NCBI GenBank assembly: GCA_000505065.1
Contig: AWSN01000001.1
Location: 339,647-403,646 of the forward strand
DNA length: 64,000 nt
Source of the DNA: Parcubacteria bacterium RAAC4_OD1_1
GTDB taxonomy: Bacteria > Patescibacteriota > Minisyncoccia > Phycocordibacterales > UBA9973
Direction of reading: 5' to 3'
The translations under genes and the position numbers were made by a program. The notes below the pieces were generated by a model, which saw only the letters and a program-made list of their open reading frames with translations, searched no databases and was not told where the DNA came from. The stretch's first letter is position 1, and every line of letters begins with the position of its first letter. Below are positions 8,757-17,223 of the stretch, piece after piece.

Positions 8757-9308
8757 TTATTTAGATTTCTTTTTTGAAGCTACTTTTTTAACTTCCACTT
8801 TCTTTACAGGTGCTTTTAAAGCTACTTTTTTAACTGAAACTTTTTCAGTAGGCTTAGATACAGTCACTTTAGCAATTTCTTTTTTAGAAGTCATCCCTTC
8901 TATTGCATTTATAAGACGATCTAATTTTATATTCATTTCACTTAATTGCTTTTTAACATCATCATTTCCACCATGTGAATCATTTCTTACAAAAGAAGGC
9001 TTTCCGCCAAAATCTCTCCTTCCTCCTCTATCTCCAAAATCTTTTCTTCCTGTATCATTTCCTTTTTTACCTGAAAAACAATCATTACAATATATTGGCT
9101 TATCAGAAGATGGGCGAAAAGGAACTTCGCAAGGTTTATGACATTCATCACATACAGCTTTATGCATAGAAATTTCTCTTCTATCTCCACCGCGTCCTCC
9201 ACCAAATCCACCCTTGTTAAAACTAGGTCTTCCACCTCTGTCTCCTCCTCTAAACCCTCCATCTCTTCCTCCACCTCTATTACCTCCCCTATCATTAAAA
9301 TTTCCCAT
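8757..9308 (-). CDS. RGG-repeat protein with CxxC-x17-CxxC zinc ribbon and Lys-rich C-terminal tail
   Basis: Repeated RGG/GGR motifs, CDECHKPCEVPFRPSSDKPIYCNDCF (exactly CxxC-x17-CxxC), coiled coil, KKV-rich tail. Confidence 0.7.
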   Translation of the reverse strand: MGNFNDRGGNRGGGRDGGFRGGDRGGRPSFNKGGFGGGRGGDRREISMHKAVCDECHKPCEVPFRPSSDKPIYCNDCFSGKKGNDTGRKDFGDRGGRRDFGGKPSFVRNDSHGGNDDVKKQLSEMNIKLDRLINAIEGMTSKKEIAKVTVSKPTEKVSVKKVALKAPVKKVEVKKVASKKKSK

Positions 9309-9449
9309 TTTTATTTTTACCCATCTCCCTTACACTAGACAAGTTATTATTATTATTTCTTAATAATACCCTATTTCCAATAAAATAGCAAGGAAAACAA
9401 AAAGAGTCTCAACAATGTTGTGACTCTTTTAGAATAAACTAATTTATTT

Positions 9450-10013
9450 TTATATCTTCCCTATCAGGTCAACTCCAGGAGTAAGCACATCTTTCCCTGG
9501 TTCCCAACTAGCAGGACAAACATTCCCATCATGCTCTCTCACAAATTTTGCTGCCTCGAGCTTCCTTATCAATTCTTTTGTACTTCGGCCAATACTATTG
9601 TCATGTATTTCTATTGTCTTTAGTACTCCGTCTGGATCTATTATAAATGTTCCCCGAAGTGAGAGTCCTTCTTTCTCAATATAAGTTCCAAAAATATTAC
9701 AAACCTCCCCTGTCGTATCGGCAAGCATTGGGTATTCTATTTTTCCTATTGCAGGTGAGCTGTCGTGCCAAGCCTTATGAGTAAATGCTGTATCTGTACT
9801 TATACTTAGTATTTCCCCTCCCAATTTTTTAACTTCCTCATAGTGACCCTGTGCATCTTCTAATTCTGTTGGACACACAAAAGTAAAATCGGCTGGATAA
9901 AATATCAAAACTACCCACTTGCCCTTATAATTAGAAAGTTTAACTTTCTTTATTTCATTTGCCTTATAAGCATCAAGCTCAAACTCAGGCACGATATCAT
10001 TAATTTTTAACAT
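9450..10013 (-). CDS. peroxiredoxin (AhpC/TSA 2-Cys family)
   Basis: FTFVCPTE peroxidatic Cys motif, thioredoxin fold, resolving-Cys region. Confidence 0.9.
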   Translation of the reverse strand: MLKINDIVPEFELDAYKANEIKKVKLSNYKGKWVVLIFYPADFTFVCPTELEDAQGHYEEVKKLGGEILSISTDTAFTHKAWHDSSPAIGKIEYPMLADTTGEVCNIFGTYIEKEGLSLRGTFIIDPDGVLKTIEIHDNSIGRSTKELIRKLEAAKFVREHDGNVCPASWEPGKDVLTPGVDLIGKI

Positions 10014-10137
10014 ATATTATATTATACTAAGAATCAATAAAAACCCAAACCAAATACTTATTCTAATAAATAAATTTGACATTATTTAAAATAAATTGAC
10101 AAAAAATAGATTTAAAGTAATATCTAATTCAATAAAC

Positions 10138-10209
10138 GGATCTATAGTTCAGGGGCTAGAACACCAGATTTTAATTCTGGAAACATGAGTTCAACTCTCG
10201 TCAGATCTA
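10138..10209 (+). tRNA. tRNA-like gene with anticodon TTA (would read UAA; ochre-suppressor-like), possibly a pseudo-tRNA
   Basis: Cloverleaf: acceptor GGATCTA/CAGATCT (one A:C mismatch, one G:U); D-arm GTTC-AGGGGCTA-GAAC; anticodon stem CCAGA/TCTGG with loop TT-TTA-AT; 4-nt variable loop; T-arm ATGAG-TTCAACT-CTCGT. A terminator follows at 10313-10345. Confidence 0.5.
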
Positions 10210-10312
10210 CGGAAAGTTCTTTGTATATATAAACATATAAAAATGTGATTTTGGGAGAGGTCAACATTAAAGGGCATTCAACCGCTCGTTTGTTTATATT
10301 TGAAGAACTTAG

Positions 10313-10345
10313 AGCCGGTATTTGTTAAAAGTATCGGCTTTTTTC
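10313..10345 (+). terminator. rho-independent terminator
   Basis: agccggtatttgttaaaagtatcggct followed by tttttt. Confidence 0.55.
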
Positions 10346-10400
10346 TTTTTTATTATCTATTTAGCATCAAAACACTATAAAATATAACTTAAAAATAGTA

Positions 10401-10436
10401 CTGGGGTACATGGACCGTGAGTACATTTATCGAACC
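10401..10436 (-). repeat. degenerate duplicate of the tRNA-Gln 3' half
   Basis: ctggggtacatgga identical to 11352-11365 in the tRNA-Gln gene, then a 16-nt insert, then cgaacc as in the tRNA. Confidence 0.55.
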
Positions 10437-10703
10437 TTACAGGTTCAGTACACCTTTTTTGTTAATTAAATCAATTTTCTTTTCTCTTCTCCATCCTTTC
10501 AATTCAGTTTCTCGTTGGCGGGATTCTCTTAATGTTTCAAATTCTTCTTTATATTTCAAGATTACTGGCCTTCTTATTTTAGTATAATGTGCACCTGATT
10601 TAGAATTATTGTGTTGTTCTAATCTTCTCTCTAAATTATTAGTGGAACCAACATAAAAAGATTTATCTGCACATTCTAAGATGTAAGTAAAGAATTTATT
10701 CAT
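10437..10703 (-). CDS. GIY-YIG nuclease family protein (UPF0213-like)
   Basis: FFTYILECADKSFYVGSTNNLERRLEQH matches GIY-YIG. Confidence 0.8.
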   Translation of the reverse strand: MNKFFTYILECADKSFYVGSTNNLERRLEQHNNSKSGAHYTKIRRPVILKYKEEFETLRESRQRETELKGWRREKKIDLINKKGVLNL

Positions 10704-10830
10704 AAAATGATTTCCTTCGCTTATTAAAGCTCAGGACCTTCGTCTCTATAATTCGGGTCGAAGACCCTGAGGAGACTAGCAAGGCGACGAAGGGCTGAGC
10801 GTCACGAGTTAGAACTTTTCAATTCCTTAT
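10704..10830 (-). other. GC-rich structured element upstream of the GIY-YIG gene
   Basis: Nested inverted repeats gctcag..ccttcgtc / gacgaagg..ctgagc enclose a GGGTC-TTCG-ACCC hairpin; GC-rich in an AT-rich context. Confidence 0.35.
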
Positions 10831-10888
10831 CCCGTAATGCTATTTTAACTAATTTTATTATATTAAAACGACGTATCAAGAGCGACTA

Positions 10889-11275
10889 TTATTTTTTATT
10901 TCTATGCTCTTTTTTTATTTTCCAATAAATACTCTTTGAATCTGAATCAACTTTTTTATCTCTGTTTTTAAATAGATGTGCTGGATATTTTTGTTTTACT
11001 TTTTTTAATTTACTTAAAAATATTTTTCCCATATCAAAATTTAATAGAACACCCATATTGAAACAATATATTAATACATCAGCTAGTTCTTCTTTTATTT
11101 CTTCAATTTTTTCTTTATCTTTTTTAACTTCATCAAGTTCTTGATTTGTCCATTGGAATATTTCCAGTAACTCAGATGATTCTATTGATATAGATTTTGC
11201 AATATCTACTGGGCGTAAATTATCCCAATCTCGTTCTTTTAAATATTTTTTAACTTCATTTTCATATTTTTTCAT
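10889..11275 (-). CDS. MazG-like nucleotide pyrophosphohydrolase (small single-domain)
   Basis: EIFQWTNQELDE...ELADVLIYCFNM matches the MazG/NTP-PPase fold. Confidence 0.7.
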   Translation of the reverse strand: MKKYENEVKKYLKERDWDNLRPVDIAKSISIESSELLEIFQWTNQELDEVKKDKEKIEEIKEELADVLIYCFNMGVLLNFDMGKIFLSKLKKVKQKYPAHLFKNRDKKVDSDSKSIYWKIKKEHRNKK

Positions 11276-11348
11276 AGTTCAATTATATCGCTAAACAACA
11301 TAAATTAATAGATACAACGTATCTCGAGCGTAATAACCTCGCTCTTGC

Positions 11349-11422
11349 TGGCTGGGGTACATGGATTCGAACCACGATTAAAGGCTTCAAAGGCCTCTGT
11401 CCTACCATTAGACGATACCCCA
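11349..11422 (-). tRNA. tRNA-Gln (anticodon TTG), CCA encoded
   Basis: On minus strand: TGGGGTA acceptor with U1:A72 and G73 (typical bacterial tRNA-Gln), anticodon stem GAGGC/GCCTT with loop CT-TTG-AA, T-loop TTCGAAT. Confidence 0.85.
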
Positions 11423-11487
11423 ATATAAAACAATATAAGGATACAATAAAAATGGTTATTTTTCAACTCGCACCAAGAATATCCTTT

Positions 11488-11496
11488 TGATATAAT
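11488..11496 (+). promoter_or_regulatory. extended -10 promoter (TGaTATAAT) giving a probably leaderless mRNA for ORF 11503
   Basis: TGATATAAT ends 7 nt before the ATG at 11503; no Shine-Dalgarno sequence is possible. Confidence 0.4.
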
Positions 11497-11502
11497 GAAT
11501 TT

Positions 11503-11820
11503 ATGAGTATAGATAAAACAATGAATCAATTATTAGATATATTTGATTTTTTTAATCAAAAAAATGATAGTGAGGAGATCGAGGTAAACAAGAAATTTAT
11601 ATATAATAATAAATCCAATACTCTTAAGGTGATAATACCTCCACGTGGTGAAGGTCATCTTTTTGTTACAGACTATCTAATCAAAAGATTAAATAAAAAT
11701 AAATATTCGTGTTTATCTTATTATTTTGATGGTGAATTACTCAAAGAAAGCACAGAGAAAACTTTAGAAAATTTTAGAAAAATAATAATTACCACTTTTA
11801 AAAGGATATTTCTAGTCTAA
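11503..11820 (+). CDS. hypothetical protein
   Basis: 105-aa ORF with no recognisable motif. Confidence 0.4.
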   Translation: MSIDKTMNQLLDIFDFFNQKNDSEEIEVNKKFIYNNKSNTLKVIIPPRGEGHLFVTDYLIKRLNKNKYSCLSYYFDGELLKESTEKTLENFRKIIITTFKRIFLV

Positions 11821-11847
11821 TATTTAATTTCTTGGTATAATATATTT

Positions 11848-12861
11848 ATGCAAACAACACAAACAGAAAGACATTTTATATTTACATTATTAATAATTGT
11901 TCTTATTTTAACAGTAGCCATACTCTTCCCATTCCTGACTGTCATTATTTTATCTGCAGCTTTTGCTGTAGTACTTTCTCCACTTTATAAATGGATTAAA
12001 AAATACATTACAAGGGGAATCTCTTGGCTTGCATCACTTCTTACTATTCTCATATTTTTAATAGGTCTTTGCGTGCCACTTTTCTTTGTCGGCAAAGCAG
12101 TCTTCATCCAGTCTGAAGAAGCATATTACTCTATAGTTGCTGATGGAAGTGCTGACAAATTTATAAATTCTCTAGACAGTTCAATAAACAATTTACTCCC
12201 GGAAGGAATTTATTTTGACACTGGGACAAAAGTTATGAATTTTGTGGGTTCACTATCTGACAATATTGCCTCTATATTTTCTTCAACATTCAATTCCATT
12301 ATAATGTTCACAATTATGATATTCGCCTTATTCTATATTTTAAAAGATGGAGAAGTTTGGAAGAAAGGAGTTATATCGATACTCCCACTTTCTAATGAAA
12401 ACTCTCACAAAATATTAGCAAGCTTATCAGGCTCAATAAATAGAGTATTGAAAGGATCTTTTGTTATTGCTATTGCTCAAGGATTACTTGCTTGGATTGG
12501 ATTTACAATTTTTGGAGTTCCCAATGCTGCGATCTGGGCAGTTATAGCAGGAATAGCATCTTTTATCCCTACATTTGGGACATCGATAGTTTCTATCCCT
12601 GCTATGATCTACCTATTTGCAACAGGAATGCAGATACAAGCCCTTGGTCTTTTATTGTGGTCACTTCTTCTTATAGGAACAATAGACAACATTCTTGCTC
12701 CTTATATTATCTCCAAAAATACAGAAATCCCTTCACTCTTTATATTATTTTCAATCCTAGGTGGTATATCACTTATGGGCCCAGTAGGCATACTTATTGG
12801 ACCGCTTGTAATAGGACTACTTTATAGTTTAGTTTCAATATATAAGACAGAATTAAAATAA
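11848..12861 (+). CDS. AI-2E family transporter (UPF0118/PerM-like)
   Basis: 337 aa with 7-8 TM helices and the family's characteristic C-terminal region (NILAPYIISK). Confidence 0.8.
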   Translation: MQTTQTERHFIFTLLIIVLILTVAILFPFLTVIILSAAFAVVLSPLYKWIKKYITRGISWLASLLTILIFLIGLCVPLFFVGKAVFIQSEEAYYSIVADGSADKFINSLDSSINNLLPEGIYFDTGTKVMNFVGSLSDNIASIFSSTFNSIIMFTIMIFALFYILKDGEVWKKGVISILPLSNENSHKILASLSGSINRVLKGSFVIAIAQGLLAWIGFTIFGVPNAAIWAVIAGIASFIPTFGTSIVSIPAMIYLFATGMQIQALGLLLWSLLLIGTIDNILAPYIISKNTEIPSLFILFSILGGISLMGPVGILIGPLVIGLLYSLVSIYKTELK

Positions 12862-12911
12862 TATAACAATAAAATTCCCACAGCTTCAATCTGTGGGAAT
12901 TTTAAATTTAT

Positions 12912-14159
12912 TTAACAAAACTTTCCTGCTATATACCCTGTCGTCCAGCAAATTTGAAGACTATACCCTCCTGAATTTCTGTTCATATCAAGTAGATCCC
13001 CAGTCACGTACAGATTATTAATTATTTTCGATCTCATTGTTTTCATATCTATTTCTTTCATATCCACTCCTCCATCTGCAACTACCGCTCTGTCATACCC
13101 CATAGTTCCAGAGATATATATAGGTAATCCTTTAATGAGCTTAGAAATTTGTTTTCTCTCTTCTTTGGTTATACTATGCACTTTTTTATTTAAATCCACA
13201 AAATTAAAAAGCTCTATAATCCCCTTTGCAATACCATCTGGAACAATTTCTTTAAAAATATTTTTAAATGTTTTATTTTTATTGTTATTAAAAACTTTTA
13301 TCAAATTCATCTCTATTGATTTGATATCAGTATCAGGGTAAAGATCAATAAAAGCTTTCACTTCTCCACTATGAAGTAATTCTTTAACTTTTTTTGCACT
13401 ATTTAAAATAAGTGGACCGGAAAGTCCAAAATGAGTAAACAAAATTTTACCAGTCTTTGAAAATTGCTTCTTTTCGTCTAGATAAAAAGTAATTTTCATA
13501 AAAGAAAGAGATACTCCAGCAAGTGAGTGAACCCAAGAGTCTGGTACCGCAAGTGGTACGACATCTGGGCTAGGTTCGGTAACCTTATGCCCCAAATTTT
13601 TTAAAAAAACAAGTCCATCTCCTGTTGATCCAGTTTCAGGATGTGAAAGTCCACCAGTTGAAAGAATAAAAGATTTGGCATAAAAGTCTCCCTGATTAGT
13701 CTTAACATATTTTATTTCACCTTTTTCTTTTTCAAAACCTAAAACCCTACAATTTGTTTTTATAAATACTTTATTATCCAAAATCTCTTTATTTAAAATA
13801 TTAAAAACATCAAGTGCTTTTTGACTTTCTGGAAAGACTCTATATCTTGCTTCAATTACAAGTGGAAGTCCTCGACTTTCAAAATAAGTAAATGTATCCT
13901 TTACTCCAAAAATAGAAAAAGGTGTGTAAAGAAAATCTTTCCCTTTTCCATATATTTCTAAAAATTTATGGATATCTGGCTCTGCATTAGTGATATTGCA
14001 TCTTCCCCCACCAGTAATTTTAAGTTTCTCTCCTAAATTTTTATTCTTTTCTAAAAGGAGTACTGACTTGCCCAAAGAAGAAGCGACAGAAGAAGCCATC
14101 ATCCCTGATGCTCCACCTCCTATTATCACCACATCCCAAATTTTATTTTGCTTATACAT
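12912..14159 (-). CDS. NAD(P)/FAD-dependent oxidoreductase, HI0933/YhiN family
   Basis: VVIIGGGASGMMAS dinucleotide fold and GGGRCNITN motif. Confidence 0.85.
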   Translation of the reverse strand: MYKQNKIWDVVIIGGGASGMMASSVASSLGKSVLLLEKNKNLGEKLKITGGGRCNITNAEPDIHKFLEIYGKGKDFLYTPFSIFGVKDTFTYFESRGLPLVIEARYRVFPESQKALDVFNILNKEILDNKVFIKTNCRVLGFEKEKGEIKYVKTNQGDFYAKSFILSTGGLSHPETGSTGDGLVFLKNLGHKVTEPSPDVVPLAVPDSWVHSLAGVSLSFMKITFYLDEKKQFSKTGKILFTHFGLSGPLILNSAKKVKELLHSGEVKAFIDLYPDTDIKSIEMNLIKVFNNNKNKTFKNIFKEIVPDGIAKGIIELFNFVDLNKKVHSITKEERKQISKLIKGLPIYISGTMGYDRAVVADGGVDMKEIDMKTMRSKIINNLYVTGDLLDMNRNSGGYSLQICWTTGYIAGKFC

Positions 14160-14180
14160 AGATTACATTATAAAAGAAAA

Positions 14181-15233
14181 TTATTTTCCTTCATTTATAA
14201 TCTTGATTAGAGCAAGCTCAAGAGGTAAAGAAGTTATAAATGAATTTTTTAAATTACCATATGATTCAAGGAGAATATAAAGTGTATGTGATGATATTTT
14301 TTCTGGTTTAGATGAAACAAGTGATGATATATAATTTATATCATTTAAAGAGAGAGTTTTATTTAAATCATTTTTCATAGTGGGCACATAGCGAAGCATA
14401 AGTGAAAAACGAAGCTTGGAAAGTATCATCTTTAGATAAATTTCCATATCTATATTTTCTTCATTTGCTTTCTTTATAGAAAGTAAACCTTTTTCTAAAT
14501 CATTCTCTGCTATAGCATCAAGAAAACCATTCACTAGGTCTTCTTTGGGTGAACCCGTCACATCTTCGATTTCTTTTATTTTTATTTTTTTATCTTTCGA
14601 AAAAGAAATAACTTTTTGCAAAGTCCCAAGTGCATCTCTAAAAGCTCCATCTGCAAGTAGAGCAATGAGATCTGCCCCACCTTCTTCGAGTGTGTATCCT
14701 TCTTTTTCCGCGACATTTTCTATTACCTGTGCAAGCACAGCATCAGTCGGCTTTTTAAATATAAAAGTCTGACAACGAGATATTATTGTCTCAGGGACTT
14801 TCTCAAGCTCAGTAGTTGCAAGTATAAAAATTACATGCTTGGGTGGCTCCTCGATAGTCTTAAGCAGTGCATTCCAAGCATCTTTGGTAAACATATGCAC
14901 TTCATCTAAAATATAAATTTTATATTTAGAATCAAATGGCATAGTATTCACACTCTCTCTGATATTTCTTACATCATCAATACCCCTGTTTGAAGCTGCA
15001 TCAAGCTCATAGATATCATTCACAGAGGAACCCAATTCAGAAGCAATAATGCGAGCAATGGTCGTCTTTCCTGTACCACGTGGACCACAAAGTAAATACG
15101 CATGAGAAACCTTCCCTGCTTCTATTGCTCCCCCAATAGCTTTTACTATATGGTCTTGACCAATAACCTCCTCCCAGTTCTCTGGCCTGTATTTACGATA
15201 TAAAGCAATATTTGAATTTTTATCTAGTTTCAT
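14181..15233 (-). CDS. dnaX: DNA polymerase III subunit gamma/tau (short form)
   Basis: YRPENWEEVIGQDHIVKAIGGAIEAGKVSHAYLLCGPRGTGKTTIARIIA, AAA+ clamp-loader motifs. Confidence 0.9.
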   Translation of the reverse strand: MKLDKNSNIALYRKYRPENWEEVIGQDHIVKAIGGAIEAGKVSHAYLLCGPRGTGKTTIARIIASELGSSVNDIYELDAASNRGIDDVRNIRESVNTMPFDSKYKIYILDEVHMFTKDAWNALLKTIEEPPKHVIFILATTELEKVPETIISRCQTFIFKKPTDAVLAQVIENVAEKEGYTLEEGGADLIALLADGAFRDALGTLQKVISFSKDKKIKIKEIEDVTGSPKEDLVNGFLDAIAENDLEKGLLSIKKANEENIDMEIYLKMILSKLRFSLMLRYVPTMKNDLNKTLSLNDINYISSLVSSKPEKISSHTLYILLESYGNLKNSFITSLPLELALIKIINEGK

Positions 15234-15256
15234 GAAATGATTATACCATTTACTTT

Positions 15257-16351
15257 TTATTTTGTCTTTTTTAAATATTCTTTCACAATTTTCTCTACTT
15301 CTTTTGCATTTTTGGTATTCATTAGTTTTATGCGAAGATCCTTAGCTCCATCCCATCCATTCACATACGCTTTATAATGCTTTTTCATAATATTAAAACT
15401 TTTTACTTTTCCTAGCATCTTCTCAAAAAGTTTTGTGTGTTCTACTAAAATTTTTAATCTTTCTTTTAGCGAAGGGATATGTTCTGAAAAGCCTTGCGCA
15501 GGGCGACTGGCCCGAGCAGAGAAATTTTTCACCAGAAAAATATTCGTGCTTTTCGGAATATATCCCAAGCGAAAAGAATCTAACCCAGCAAAAAACCACG
15601 GCTTGCCGAAAATACCCCTTCCCACCATTATCCCATCACATCCAGTTTTTTTCCATTTATTTATTCCATCTTCAAGACTTTCTACATCTCCATTACCAAT
15701 TATTTTCGTTTTCAATCCCATTTTATTTCTTATATCCACTACTTCTTTTATATGCTCCCAACGAGCTGGAACGAGGGACATTTCTTTTCTTGTTCTCGCG
15801 TGTATAGTAAGAGCATCTATGTCTTGAGAAAGAAGAAATGGTATCCATTCATTTATTTCATTTTTATTATATCCAATACGAGTTTTCACAGATATAGAGA
15901 TTTTCCTTGCCCGCCCTTTGGAATAGGGTTCTGCACTTGCATCTTTTATCCCATCTTTCACAGCTTGTATTATTTCTCCTGCAAGCTTAGGATTCTTCAT
16001 TAAGGATGCTCCTGCACCCTGCTTCTCTACTTTCTTATCAGGGCAACCCATATTGATATCTATGCCATCAAAACCAAGTGAGGCTACATATTTCGATGCT
16101 TCTCTCATTTTTTTAGGATTTGAAGAAAAAAGTTGTGCCACTATTGGCTTTTCTTTTTTATTAAATTTCAAATCTATTTCTAGTGCTTTTCTTCCTTCTT
16201 TATTTGAAAGTCCATCAGCAGAAACAAACTCTGTCCACATAACATCCGGCTTACCATATTTTACAAACATAGAGCGAAAAGAAGCATCTGTGACATCTGC
16301 CATCGGTGCAATACAAAAAAATGGTTTTTTTAATTTATTCCAAAAATTCAT
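15257..16351 (-). CDS. dus: tRNA-dihydrouridine synthase carrying an in-frame insertion from a family-1 repeat
   Basis: Dus motifs (FFCIAPMADVTD, NMGCP, GRGIFGKPWFF). Residues about 262-292 (LGYIPKSTNIFLVKNFSARASRPAQGFSEHI) are encoded by repeat copy B. Confidence 0.85.
   Translation of the reverse strand: MNFWNKLKKPFFCIAPMADVTDASFRSMFVKYGKPDVMWTEFVSADGLSNKEGRKALEIDLKFNKKEKPIVAQLFSSNPKKMREASKYVASLGFDGIDINMGCPDKKVEKQGAGASLMKNPKLAGEIIQAVKDGIKDASAEPYSKGRARKISISVKTRIGYNKNEINEWIPFLLSQDIDALTIHARTRKEMSLVPARWEHIKEVVDIRNKMGLKTKIIGNGDVESLEDGINKWKKTGCDGIMVGRGIFGKPWFFAGLDSFRLGYIPKSTNIFLVKNFSARASRPAQGFSEHIPSLKERLKILVEHTKLFEKMLGKVKSFNIMKKHYKAYVNGWDGAKDLRIKLMNTKNAKEVEKIVKEYLKKTK
15478..15568 (+). repeat. 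structured repeat family 1, copy B, inside the dus CDS
   Basis: gttctgaaaagccttgcgcagg-GCGACTGG-cccgagcagagaaatttttcaccagaaaaatattcgtgcttttcggaata; GC-rich island within the gene. Confidence 0.75.
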
Positions 16352-16353
16352 AA

Positions 16354-17217
16354 TTATTTTTCAAATTTATATAAAATCTTATTTTTAAAACGAAGATCAA
16401 GATAAAGAAGCTTATTATAACCAGACTCCAATTCATTTTTAAATTCTTTCTCCCTTAAAGATACAGAAAAATCATTAATTAAAGATTCTAAATCTTCATT
16501 GGTCTTAAATATAATTTTAGGCTCAGTTGCAATGTTTCTATGCTCTAAATATAAGTGTCCTGTATTATCACTATCTATAATCAAATATATAGGCTCAAAT
16601 CCAAGATGTTTTATGCCATTTATAAACCTAGTCATTTGAATAAAATACTCACCATCAAAAAGATTTGATCCTAAAATATTTTGGGAATCTAACTTTAAAT
16701 AATATTTAAAATAAATATTACCAGAATAATAAGGGGCCTTATCAAAAATATACCCGGCATCATTTATAAAATAACAATTCTCCCCTACATCTTTCTTTTC
16801 TTCTGGAACAATTTCTCCACAATAAAGATAAACTCCGACTCTTTCTTTAATATTTATTTTTAATTTATTAAATCCATCTTTACTAATTTCCAAAGTCTCT
16901 ATTCTTGGAAAATTAAAAATAAGTCCATTGTAAATTTCTTTTTTGGGATAAATAAAATTATTTGCTCTTGAAAATAAATAAAGATAATTGCCTGATAATT
17001 TTTGATTTATAAAATATTTTAAATCATCTTCATCTATTACGTTTACCCCATTCACCTCTATCTCTCCCAAAATAAGTTTCTTGTGATGAGAAAAAAAGGA
17101 TAAAGCAAAAATCATTGAGACAATTAAAAAAAAGAAAAGTAAAGACACCCTAATTCGGTATTTTTTTCTTTTTTTTTGTTCTTCTATTAACCTTCCGGAA
17201 ATAGGTAAATCTCTCAT
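16354..17217 (-). CDS. cell-division protein FtsQ/DivIB-like (N-terminal TM plus POTRA-like domain)
   Basis: Basic N-terminus, one TM, then an ILGEIEVNGVNVIDEDDL POTRA-like start; adjacent to serS. Confidence 0.55.
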   Translation of the reverse strand: MRDLPISGRLIEEQKKRKKYRIRVSLLFFFLIVSMIFALSFFSHHKKLILGEIEVNGVNVIDEDDLKYFINQKLSGNYLYLFSRANNFIYPKKEIYNGLIFNFPRIETLEISKDGFNKLKINIKERVGVYLYCGEIVPEEKKDVGENCYFINDAGYIFDKAPYYSGNIYFKYYLKLDSQNILGSNLFDGEYFIQMTRFINGIKHLGFEPIYLIIDSDNTGHLYLEHRNIATEPKIIFKTNEDLESLINDFSVSLREKEFKNELESGYNKLLYLDLRFKNKILYKFEK

Positions 17218-17223
17218 TCTAAT

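Noticed and set aside
8987-9295. 102-aa Glu-rich ORF in an alternative frame of the RGG protein gene
   Set aside because: Frame shadow of GGA/AGA repeats; the CxxC-x17-CxxC frame is the coherent one.
10138-10209. Reading the UUA-anticodon tRNA as tRNA-Leu(UAA) or tRNA-Lys(UUU)
   Set aside because: The anticodon stem is a perfect 5-bp helix fixing positions 34-36 as UUA. There is no long variable arm as Leu would need, and the body is unrelated to the tRNA-Lys in this window.
11305-11529. 74-aa ORF overlapping tRNA-Gln
   Set aside because: Covers a canonical tRNA gene; spurious.
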